64,000 nt of DNA from Tubiluchus corallicola (lineage: Eukaryota; Animalia; Priapulida): positions 496,001 to 560,000 of the forward strand of contig JAQGDQ010000078.1 in NCBI GenBank assembly GCA_030141605.1. The letters are read 5' to 3'. The translations under genes were made by a program, and so were the position numbers. The notes under the pieces are model-generated. The model ran no database searches. It was given only the letters and a program-made list of their open reading frames with translations, and was not told the DNA's origin. Shown piece by piece: positions 12,001 through 25,452 of the stretch; the first letter of the stretch is position 1, and the number at the start of each line of letters is the position of its first letter.

Positions 12001-15000
12001 TACACTTTTCAAAAGATTTCAAATACAGCAATAATGTCCTACGAATTATGAATATGTAATTATGATTATACTCTAAGACTTGAAGTCAATTTTTTTGTTA
12101 ATATGAATATTGGTAAGCTAGCATAAACCCACAGTTATTAATTACATACATAATTAATTGCATTAAAAAGAAAAGTAAGAGAAAACAGAAACTAAATCTA
12201 AATTTAAATGAAAGCCAGCTAAGATATAAGTTCAACTTTGCACTTATAATTTCTACTAGGTCTAAATGCAATATGAATACTGCAATAGAATAAGAAGCAA
12301 TCATAATCATAAGGATAATCTACTAGTTATAGCACTGGGCTTATGTTGCACAATTCAACTTTATGAAGTGATTGGGATGGCTTCAACTCTGCATCTAGCA
12401 TTTTACATAATGCAAGCAATGTTCAAGATCTCAAGACAGCAGAGGCCTTACACATTATGAAGCACTGTCCAATTCTAATTCGCACTCTATCTATTTCTGT
12501 GTTTTGAAATTTGTTTGACTAGTGTTCCTCAGAATCTGTAGTGGTTCTGGTGGGTTTAGTCTCTGTGTCACGTACACATTGATATGCTGCTGGCTTCCAT
12601 TATTGCAGTTCCTACTTACTGTAAATTGTGCAAAATGTAGAAGTTGTGTTTTATTCTTATAGTGCTTACTGCTGTGGTTCTTCATGATGTAGACTTGGAT
12701 TAATTGTTTACCTGTTGTGTTTTTTTTTGGTTCTCATGTGTTGGGTAAAAAAAATTGTACATTTGTCTACAATTTCTTCCATCACGACCTAGTTTATTTT
12801 GAAATGTTAAATTCTGATCTACTGTTTTGTAGTTTCAGTTTGTGCTTTTGTACCGTAAATGTATTACTTATTCTTCTTTTTGGTTTAATTTATAGTTTGA
12901 TGATGGCATCAGTAGTCGAAACGATCATCGCTCAGTAAACATGGTGATTCCTAGAAGCTGTCTCCTTCGTGTTTTGTACCGATAATTTCATACAGATACA
13001 CTCTATTATTGACAACAAACCTTTTAGATGTCTCATCTCCCCATTCTGCCTCTTTCCAAACATCAACAGTTTCTTTAAAATTCGCAAAAGGTCCTTCGGC
13101 GACCCGAGTGAGATACGATTGCAATAAATCATAGTTAACATTGTCAGGCTGACGATGCAGATATTTCAATACTGAGACATGAAGTCTGTAATACACCTGT
13201 TTAAAAAAATGTGTAAGTCTTATAGTATAACTGTGCCATAGTGTAATAGTAAATACTGTCACTATGAATGACTGCTGTTCAGAATTTTTAGAATTTAGAA
13301 TTTAATGCTAGATTTACCATGAGCATAAAAGCTTACAATTATAATTTACACAGAAAGCATTAAATTAACACAATATTTGACACAGAAAATATTAATATAT
13401 AATTTTTATTGAGACTACTGTTATGCCTGTGGACAGCACCAGGAAGATGGTGCTGCCCATAGTTCACTAACCATTACGTAAATTATATACATATTGCTGC
13501 ACCCGTGAAATTAAATGAACACTAATAATAATTCACATTAAAATAATATTAAATAAAAAATTCATAATAACAAAATTAAATATGATAAATAATAACAATA
13601 ACAGTAACGATAACAATAAAAATAACAATAACAATAATAATAATAATAACACCAATAACAATTACAGAAAACTGAATAGTAAAAATCAAAATACACTCAT
13701 ACCTTGGTTTGCAGGACAATCGCTTTTACGGATATCGGAAGAATCGAACAAAATTTGGACCATTAAAAACTCCCGCGTACTACAGACACAGTCCGTTGTT
13801 TCGCAAGCTGATCTCTAGTTTGCGAGTTGTCACTTTGTTTACATCATTACATCAATGTAACTATGTGTATATCTCTATATGTAAAAATATAGAGTTAATT
13901 ATGCGTAGTTGTTTGATTCAATTTTTATATACAGTTTTTATATACTCTTGCATAGGAGCGGCCCATACTAGACGTTTTTGAGACAATTAGGTGAGTCTAA
14001 TACTAGGCACCTACTATATTAGCTTAGTGTCGGTAAATACGGACAATAGCCAAATTCCACATTTTTATAAGGCAAACCGAGATATGAGTGTACCAATATT
14101 TAGTGCAGTAACTGGAGACAATAAATGTTTTAACTATTCCTACCTCGAGTGATTCCACAGCTAAATACGTGGGATTATAATATGGTAGTTTCTTTGGATA
14201 CGTTGCTCCACTCTCATGTAAACATTCAGCTGCCTACAATTATAGCAAAAACTCACTTTACAGACATGACGCACACATTCATTACGTACCGAAAGTGTAT
14301 AATAGTCAGCTGTAATTAAAAATTGTTCATTGAAGTATGACAAACTTGCAAGTAGAAGAAAAACAATTAAAGTAAGACAGGATGACTTTTTATATCCAAC
14401 CCATTTTTAAGAACAGTAAATGTATACATTTTAACACCAATAATACTGCAAAAGTGTTTCTGATAATTAAATAATGAATTAAAATCTTAATTAGTGGCAG
14501 GTGAGCCCAACTAGTGATGACATCACAAATGAAGATAATTTTCAACAGCACAAACATTTTATGAGGGTGTTGCACATGTTTGCAAAAGTGAAGATTGAAG
14601 TACGGTGTTACAGTAAGAACCTCAGCGTGTTGTACTAAGACTCGGCAAGTTCTAAGATGAAAACTCAAATTTCATGCTATGTGAGAAAAGAAGACCTCTG
14701 AATTGAGGGGCACAGCATCTGTATTTTGGGCAATGCAGGTGCTAGTGCCCATCTAATTAACAAATGGTGAAATGCACAAAAGAGCGAAAAACTAGTTGCA
14801 CGAATGCGAAATTGCGTTTGTGTGGTAATAATTCTTTCACGCAAGTTATTCTTAAAAAAATAGAATGTTTACTTTCAACATTTTAAAGAGTAGATTGGGT
14901 CCAGTTTTCCTTTAAAGAATAAAAAGCAATGATATCTACAGCATCATGATGGCAGTTTAGCTTATTAACATGTAAATGCCGTCAAGCACTAACCTGTGAA

Positions 15001-18000
15001 TAGTTCCCTAAGAAGACAGATGGCTGAGTTTTCCGTTTTTCAGCAATTTTCCCCAGCATGTAGTATGGCAGCCATCTTTCTTCGGAAAAATTACATTGCG
15101 CAGCCGCATTGTAGCAAGTCTCAGCTCGATTCAACATGGTTTCCCAGCGCTTGTGCAAAGATTCTTCAGATTCTTTTGCAAAAGATCCCCAATGACTCTA
15201 TAACAGAATTATCACAGATCCACATTTAATAAGATGAAAATCAGCACAACAAGGAAATATTTTTAATGACAAGAATAGGTCAATTTATTAAAAAACTCAC
15301 AATAAAGAAAAAAGAATAGAAGATACTTTAGCCACCAATAAGTAATTTTAAAGACAAGTCAATTGATTTACAATAAATGATAGATTTTCTCCTTATAATA
15401 CTCCACTTTTTTATCACATCACTTTTTTGGTTAAATTTCAACAGTCTCCAACATAGTTTACTCAACAAATAATAAACTTTTGAACTAAACTTTTGTTTTG
15501 CACCAACTATTGTATTCGCATAGCATGCCACAAGCAGTTTTACCTTCTAATCTTTTCAGCTTAACCTACCACATACAGTTTCCCTACATTTTCCTACATA
15601 CAGTCAAGGGCTTTCACCAATAACTTTGATTACCTCAGTGCTCTTGTGATATTTTGTGAATTTTGTTATTATAATACTGTGACTAGTGTTTTTGTCATGT
15701 GATTTTTGTTTATTCTGGACTCTGTGATTGTATTCTTTTGTTTGTGGTATCTTCTGCGGCTTTCAGTAAATGGGTTTTTATTACAAACGGTGGTCATTTG
15801 TGTTTTTTCTTTTTTAAACGAAGATAGCCCACAGTAGAGGAGTGAAACATTTTGTCTTGACATTTTTATTGCGAAATTTATTATTAATAGAAAACACTAA
15901 TGATTACAACAAGCAAAGTATGGATAATAAATGAATGAGGATGTGAATGAACGAATAAAGTAATGAATGAATGAATGAATGAATGAATGAATGAATGAAT
16001 GAATGAATGAACGAACGAACGAATGAATGAACAGATGAACGAACGAGCAGATACAAACTATTGAAATGACAAACTGACAGTACACAATGATTAACTGAAT
16101 GAAAGACCGAATGCATGAATAATGAACGATGAAATGCAATAAGAAACTGGTAAATGAGCAACTTAACAAACAGAGAAATAAAAAACATTTTTCTCAACAA
16201 ACTTTATGTTTTTAAATTTGTCCCAGTAGTTAGCAAAATTCGTAATGAAAGGTTCATTCTGAAAATACGTAGTATTCCAGGATTTTCCCACACAGAAAAC
16301 AGAATCTGACAACCATCCTATTATTAACAACTAAAAATTCTGGGAAAAGAAACACATCAAAGTTTAGGAAATGTGTGCCGAACTTTATTTCTCGCACTAA
16401 AAATCTTTACTGACAGTCGTATACTTCTAGTGATGGCACACGTTTTGGCCTTTCCTAAAAGGCGGCCGTAAATCACTTAAACATAAACTGTTTATGACGT
16501 TCATTCTCAGCTGTCGTTTCCATGCGGAACCCCGAACTTGGCTTCTTGCAAATGACGGAAACCTCCGTTAAAACACAACGAGTGACGACAGACGTGCGCA
16601 AATTTGTAAACAATTGTCGAGAATTAGTGAAGCTCTGCTAATGCAGTAATGTTAATTCCAAGTATTAGCAGAAACAATTTAAATATAGCTGACTGCGGCC
16701 GTTCTTTACACATGATAAATGGGTGTTGAAGGATAAGGATGTGCTAGTGAAATCTACCAAGGTGAAAATTAAACACGTTTTTCTTACATTATCTAAAATC
16801 ATGGAGCGGGTAATCAAAAGTACTATCTTATGTGTACTCTACATTTCAACTATCGTGAGTGGTGACAAATTCACAAAATCGGATTGTCCAAATTTAGCGT
16901 GTCCAAAGTTGGACTACTGCAACTGCGAGAGAGACAATTCAGGCTGTCCAGAGGTCACTTGCTACGATCTTAACCTGGAGAGTCTAGCAACAGTGAGCAA
17001 TGCTATAAACGGGTCACTTTACTCGCTACAAATCTGGACATACAAGGATTCTCGTCTTCCTACAAAGTTGCTTGATGGTAAAAGTGTATTTATTCTAGGC
17101 ATAAACTATGCAACACGTTTAGGCGAACTGAGCCAGGATACATTCGGTGACGTAGATACAGAGATGCTCTATCTACATTCGAATAAAAATCTAAAAACTA
17201 TTCATCCGCGAGCGCTTTTACCAATGAAAAACCTCCGCTCTATTTCCATAACTGAAAACAGAGTATTGACTCATGCTGATTTGGATTTGACTAGCATGCC
17301 AGATCTTGTGGCAGTTGAGTTAATGGGAAACAACATTTCACACATAAAAGAACCAAAGTTTCACCAAACAGTATCACCAAATGATGTAACTTTATATTTG
17401 TCAGGTAACTAGTTTTTATCTTTGCTAGTTTTTTATTTTATTTAGTTTAACAGTATTTAATTTGTTGCTTAAATAATAATAATTTCTGATTGTCATACAC
17501 GCTAATCAGAAGTCAAATAATTACAGCTTGCTCTCAATGAAACTGCTAGAACGTTTGAGAAGTCGTAAAAACGAAAAAAATTCCTATCGTACTAAAAATC
17601 AACAAATTCTTAATAAGTATAACATTAATATATAATAACATACAACGTTTTTTATTTCAGCAAATGGTTGTGGGCTGTAAAATTATAATTAAAAAAACCC
17701 ATATCATTTAATATTATCTTATTTCTTGAAATTGTTTATTCGTCCATAATCTAATTTTTAATTTACTTCATACATACCACCATTTTAATTAATTTTCTGC
17801 ATCTGTTTGTTGAAAAATTTATATGGAATATAAAACTTGCACTTTCTTAAATAATTCAAACAAGGTAAATAGATAGATCGGTTTTCGTTCACTGCTTAGC
17901 GCCTTGGTTCTGCCTATGACAGCATGTGGTTACATATGTAGAGCATTTATTATCCCAATGGCTTCGCAAAGCGGAATATGAGCCTAATAACCCAAATGTT

Positions 18001-21000
18001 AACAGCTGAACACTTAATTATGCCATTAAAATGCAGTTTCTACATTGCTTAACAGAAAAGAGTATTTGTAATGGTTTATCTAGTGTTAATTAGTAACTAT
18101 CTCACAAATATAACGTAAATGCAGTAAGAATACTTTCACTGCAACAAGCACTGTCATGTTTATTTCAGTAAAAATATCTTCTTAAGTAGCTGTTCACCTG
18201 GTTTTTTATTTTTAATTCAATTTGGCACTCAGTGACAATGCCTAATCAATGTGGTTGTTTGTGACAAGACCAGAACCCAACTCACTATTAAGCTGACTCT
18301 AAGCTAAGACACTCAACCGGCAGACATTTACACATATTTGTATAATAATATGTGAATAATTCCTCCCCAGGAAGAAAACAGCAAGAGTCAGAGTGATTAA
18401 AGAAGTCATCCAGTGTCAGTGTCGAACTCAGCAACCAACCACATCCGCTCTTTTAATAACCATAAAAATGCAATTCTTACCTTCAGTTGCAAATAATTTA
18501 CCGAGATGCTTGACTATTCCCATGCCTTTAAGCAGATAATTCACTGATGTTATTGTGGTATTAACAAAAACTGGAAATCTACCGATTAAAAAATCAGGAT
18601 TCGGAAACTGATGAAATTCAAGTTCTATAAAAAGATTCAAAAATTACAGTAATGCCGAACGTAATGCATTTTTCCCTGTTTTAATTTGAAACTAAGTAAG
18701 AAACTTTTAGTGTTCAATGATATTTATGTCATGATTTGACAAATTATAGAAGTCAGCTGTTCACTTAAGGAACTAGCGTAGTACTTTTCTTCCTTAATCT
18801 AGCCAGCATATTTCACTATGGTTAAGCAATGCTGGGCACTGATACTAAAATAAGTGGATGGATGACGATTACCTAATAAACCTAATAGGCAAATCTTCAA
18901 CAGCGCCTTTGGCTATTTGTGCACATCTGAACTTAACCGCCTCACTTAGAGGACCATCCTTGATAAAAAGTTGGGTTCCAATCTAACACAACAATGCACT
19001 GTTAACAGTAAGCCTGGCACTGAATGCCGAGTTCCAGTCTACAATGCACCATATTATTCAAAGAACTATGGTCAGGGTCGGATTACCCTATAGGTTAGCA
19101 TAGGCTGCAGCCTAAGGACACTCAAGTTTTGATAACATTTGATAAAGGATCTGTTTTTTTCACCACCATGTGTCAAAATAGGTGTCAATATGGTTAACAA
19201 TAAATAGTAAAATAATGGCATGTCTTAAAAAAATATTTTTTACTGACAAGCAAAAGATAGCTATTCTAGTTAATTTAAAAAAATTGCAATAAGTTCACTG
19301 CAAGCTATGTCAATGTCGCTAATATATAACAAATATTATCACGAGTAAAAAATATTCAAGACGGGTGCATGCAAATTAGAGGATGGCTCCGTCTGCCCCA
19401 TAATTTCATTACCCTAGGGGTCCCAAAAGGTCATAATCAGGCCCTGACTATGGCAAAAGCTTTTTATTTACAAATGCTTACAATGATAAAAATTTATACT
19501 TTAAATACATTATGGCATTACTTTGAAACAGACAAAAATGTCCAGAATTACTGACACCAAAATTTTAGTTGCATAATATTTTTAACAACACGATAATTTC
19601 TTAAGAACAAAATCCTTAAGCTTATGCATAAAATTTCTATGTAAACAAGGTTTTCATTAATAGAACATAGACTTGTTTTAACAGATGCTACAGCATGTGT
19701 GCAAGTAGACATCACCAGACATTTGGATAATGTTTCGTCTCATATGTTAACACTTTCAGCCTAATAAACGTGCTAAGAAATTTTTTTCCAAGAGAAAATT
19801 AGTGAAGACTAAGCTAACCATCCAATCAACAAATCAACCAAACAGCCAACCAAACCAACCAACATATCATCTAACAATTGAATAAACAAACTTCTAGTTA
19901 GTCAGACAGCAAGTAATAAATAAATAAATGAATAATCAGTGTGGTCAGACAACAGTCCATCACTCACTCAGTCAGTCAATCAACCTGTAAATTAGCTAAC
20001 TAACCAACCTCCAATCTGCCAACCCAACTGCCAATCGAACAACCAATAAAGCATCAACTAAACTAATCAAACAACCAATTATAATTAGCCTAATCAATCA
20101 ATAAGTAATGAATATATTTCAGGGAATCCTCTAGTTTGCGACTGCAAGTTAAAATGGATTAAGAAGAAAGAGTGGGAAGACTCAACGTACGGAGCGTGCT
20201 TTGTACCAGAGACAAACCGTTACAAATTCATCTACCAGGTCCAGGAAGAAGATTTCATCTGTTTACAACGTGAAAATACGAAGAATAACGAAGATAATGG
20301 AACAGGTTGTGTTGCAAATACAAAGGCCATGACAATTTTTGTAACAATGTTATGCTTAGGGTTATTATCATATTAGAAAAATTGTATTTATATGAATTTT
20401 AATAGTGTGTAAGATAAGTGGTTTTGTAAAATTTTGTTATACTTCTGTTTTTTATACTATTTGTTATTAAGGAAGCATGTAGATGGTGTATAGCTTTGTA
20501 TTATAAAAATTTGAAACTTTTGTAAACTTTATTTAAAGATTAGTTTAACAAGTTATGAACGTACAATGATTTTTTTACATGCTACTGTATTTCGCACATA
20601 GTGTATTTCGCACATAGTAGAAGTTGCTATACATATCAAAAAGTTATAGAATCAATGTATTTCCACAAAAATGACGGTGGAAAAAATAAAATACAATAGG
20701 CACCGTAATAGACCCAATTAACTGAACTGAATCTATTAACAGACAGATGTAGTATTACTAGTACACGAGTATAAGTCATCAGCTTAGTATGCACTGCAAA
20801 GGCTTTTACTGAATTTTAGAAACGAAGTAACCTAAATTCTTATGTACTTATTTAAAAATATTAATTCATAAAGTAAATTAATAAAAAAATAGAAAAGAAA
20901 AAAATCTTTCTTTTCTGAATCACTCAAGTCCATTTACAAAAATTTGGGTTACAAAGAGTCACATAATGATAAAAACCTGGAAAATTTGTTGTTGCATGAT

Positions 21001-24000
21001 GCACAAATTCTCGTAAAATACTTAGTGCTTGAACTACAGTTGGTGGTGAGTCACGTGAAGCAGTTCTGAACCACATGTTGTGCAGTGCATTGAGTCTAAT
21101 AAACGGAACCTACTGTAAATGAAGCGACATTGTGCTCACTCACCATCTGTGATTGACAGGATATGTAATGTTGCAGTTGATAGGCAATAGATCCATTTTC
21201 TATCCACAATGCACAGTTAGTGGGATCTATACTCAAAGCTTGTTCAAAGCAACGTAGAGCCGCAGAAGCTTGATTAGGTACAGTGGCATCGTGTGCTAAA
21301 TCTGCCTGTAAAATATAAACTTCAGAGTGGATTAAGAATTAAGGACACAATTTTTATTACAATCAAGCCAATGAATAAATGATATTTGCAGGAAACAAAC
21401 TATGATTATTACAATTATTACTAACACATTATTGCACTAAATATACAATAGCACAGAACATAGAAGTAACTTTACCAAGTAAAAACAGTAAAAATACATA
21501 CAACCTTTAACGGTGCATACATTAAAATGCAAATTCACATTGAAATGACAAGATTTTGGTTAATTAAAAACTGATAAAAACAAACAATCTTTCAGTTTTT
21601 TGCTAAAACTTAATAAAGAGTCACGCCTATGAATACCATCTGCAAAACTTATACACCTAAAAATAGCTCGTTCAGAAGTACACAATTATCATAATAACAA
21701 GCTCATGCTATCCGATACAAATACTGCTTAACGTACAATAGGCTAATTGAGGTAACTTGATTTTGCACATGTTATAAATTATCAAAACAACAATCACGTT
21801 ATTTATAAAACAAAGCATCCAAGAAATTAAGATGTGAAGCCATCAGTGCTTACACAATAGTTTTAACTGTGTCAAAAAACAAATATTTTTCCTAATAAAA
21901 AACAGATTATAGGTCGCTACTTTTCATCTATCTTTTACATGCTTTAGCTAGTAAATAAAAATTTAAAAAAAAAGGGTAATCAAAATCAAGTTTCTAGTGT
22001 TGAACTTACGGATTCCAACGTTTCTTCAAGTAGAAAGCTGCGAGAGAGGGCAGCACCGGCCCAGGAATCCAGCCTACGAGGATTTATACAAATATCGTGC
22101 ATGTAATACTTCATTGCTTTTCTGAAACAAGAAATGACCGCTTACCTTTGTATTTTCATTTTTAAAAGTATTATCTAGCAGTACAAATACCATCTTTTGC
22201 ACATAATGCGTTACACCACAAGAAATTTACTCACTGAAGAATAGAAATTGAGATTCATTTACAAAAACAATTGGAGAAGAGGCTTCATTCATTTTTGGTA
22301 CTCTGCAAATCCATCCAAGAACAGCAAATATTTGAAGTAAGATTTTGCTAAACAGACATATCTATCTTGTGCAAATAAAACATAAATGAAAGAAACATTT
22401 AGTACAGTCAAACCCCATTATAACCCCCATTACAACGCTAACCTCGCCATAATGCCAACTTTTGCCCCGTCCTGATTTCTGCAATATATTAAGTATGGGG
22501 AATACCGCCAACCTCACCTACCACCATCTGCCAATGCATCTGCTGTGCCAAAAGTCTATTTTACATAATAAATTTAGTTTGTTATAACGCCAGCCAAGAT
22601 AAAGTAATAGTACTGCTGTTGAAAAACAGCCATTGTGTTGTAAAAACAGTGACCTCTGAACAGAAAAACAATTATGGTGTTTAAATTAAGGTTTAGGTCT
22701 TGTTGCAAGTGACTGTATGAAAGTGAATGCTGAGGTTCTGAACAAAGAACATTCATTTTAAGAGTGCAATAGTTGCATAGCTAAGCTTCAGTACTGAACT
22801 GATTTGAATTTAATGGCTGTAAAACCTCAAGGTCAAGTTATATGCAGGAGCTATGTATAGTCTTAATTGTCTAGTAAAGTTACCAAGAGAGCAGCGTGGG
22901 CGTGTCGTGTGGCTGCATATTTCTCTTATCAGCAGTAGGTTAATTAACCAGTATTTCACAAAATTACTTCTCCATGTTGTGTTAGGTCAAAGTTTTACAT
23001 TGTACCACCGTAGAACTACACCTGCTATGTTATACAGCAAAAATATACAGCATATAACACATGTATTCTCGAAGGTATAATAACATTATACTACTTATCA
23101 CATATTAGAATTAACTAGGAAGCAAAATACAGGCTACACAGCAGAATAGCTTTGACATTTAATAAACCTAGTCTTACCGCCAACCCAGCTATACCGCGAT
23201 ATTTAGTGGTGTCCCAGACCTGGTGTTATAAAGAGATTTGACTGTATATATATATATATGCTAAGCACCACTGATTTTTGCTCCAGGAACACAACTGCAT
23301 GCTTTTACATTACTGCATCACATTTTGCTAGAATGCATTAGCATCTTAAGCTACAACTTATTGTAGTTTTCATTAAATATCAGCTGCGTACATTCTATAT
23401 ATATACTATTCTCATATTATCTTTCATACTAGAACTGTACTTGTGCGTTATTCGTATTTCTGTTAATTGCTTGCAATAAAAATCTCACCTCGCTTCTTTG
23501 TTTTTGAAATAGAAATCTGCAAGAAGATAGTAGATATCCTTCAAGGGTGTCCCACTAAAATGAGAAGAAAAGTACGTGATTTCAACAGTTGAAAATGATA
23601 TTTAGTAATATGCACAACTTCCAAACAAAGCAACATATTTCATTATTCAGTGCACATTGTTTTATGCATCTTTTGATGTATTCAAATAAATGCTTTCATA
23701 ACAGCATATTTGATGCATCTGTATTAATGCAACAGACTTTGAGTATCATTCATAGTAAATATCTTGTTTGTTTCTGCTAGAAAAAATTATTTGTAAAAAT
23801 GCAGACAAATGCCGAAACAAAGGCCTTTATTTATTTTAAACATAATTTTATTAAGCGGTTCGTACTAGAAAGTTTTAACAACTTATGTGCGAGGGAGCAC
23901 TTAGTAAATTTAACTGTTAGTTGTAGTAGTACCTCAGTCAACATCAAGAATATGTACAAAGTTACTATAATTACTTGACGTGAGTAGATATAAAAAGGAA

Positions 24001-25357
24001 ATGATGAATAGCTAAGTATTTAGCCTGTGCACTACATTGGTTTGCCACTAAACGTAAAACATGCATCTTCACTATATAATATACTTGAATGAATCAATTC
24101 CAGTAATCATTATTTAAAACATCTCAATTCAGTTATAAACATCTGTACACAATCAAATATTTTACAATTATCTACGCAACTTAAATTTTCGTCTTCATTG
24201 AGTAACAAATTGATAATATTTCTCACTGCCAAATTTCTAATGGTTCTTACCGTTTAAAGCATTAAGCTTGTTAAACATATCATTTCTTGGTATCAACGAT
24301 TTGGAAAATTTAGAAAAAAGTTTCAAGCGGGGCATTGCAAGAACAGTAAGGTGATCCAGAACCATCGCTATTTTTACAATTTTTAAGTGACTGTTGATAA
24401 TTTAACAGACTAAATAGTACTCGCATGCATGTGTGGTGAACAGAACTAGGGCGTTTGGCATAAGAAAAATTATTTGGATGTTTGAGTAATTTCACATCCA
24501 TATTGGTAAAATTGTTAATCAGTTATAAATTTGTAAAAACTAAACTAGGATAACTGTTTCGAATTGAATTAGTCCATAAGTAGTTTCATACACGTTTCTG
24601 TAAACCATAAGCCCATTATCTAAAATAATCCTTATCACAAATGATGACTACCTGTAGAAGGATGGATCTGGGGGTGCAGGAAGATTCCCAGATTTTCCTT
24701 TTATGAAAGCGATGACTTCATCAATATGGTGAGCTAAATGTAAAATAGTAATCATAACTTTATGTAAGCAAAATAAGAGAATGAAGGTACTAAGACAACT
24801 AATTTACATAAAAGATATCAATGTTTTCACTTCAGTTAACCCTTTATTAATTTATACAAACTTCAGCACACACTGACAATTTTATCTTACCAGGATTCCA
24901 AATATTACTAGGTATCAGCGTCAATATTTGTTTGAACAACATAGCAACCTACAAAACAAAGAATATCTTGCTTGAAAAATCACCAGCAAAAAGATTTTAT
25001 GTGAATAAACAATTTTTAACTGCATGTCAGATAAGCCTGAAGTGAGTGCAAAATATCCAAAATTTAACAGAAAAGAAAAACAAAAAAATATGTAGCAGAA
25101 ACGAAACAATAAGAATTTACTGCTAAATTTACCATGAGCATACAAGCTTACAATGATAATTTACATAGAAAGCATTAAATTATCACAAATTTTGACACAA
25201 TAAACATTAATTTATAATTTATTGAGGTCACTGGTATGCCTCTGTACAGCACCAGGAAGAAAATCTTGTGTTGGTGCAGCCCAGATTCCTGGTAAATTTC
25301 AGAAACAAAAACAGAAAATACATCAAATGATCTCCCCCCTCTCTCTCTCCCCCCCCT

Positions 25358-25452
<95 letters not shown>

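Noticed and set aside
16723-16800. N-terminal extension of the LRR ORF from the GTG at 16723
   Set aside because: The ORF caller used a non-ATG start; the ATG at 16801 directly precedes a signal peptide.
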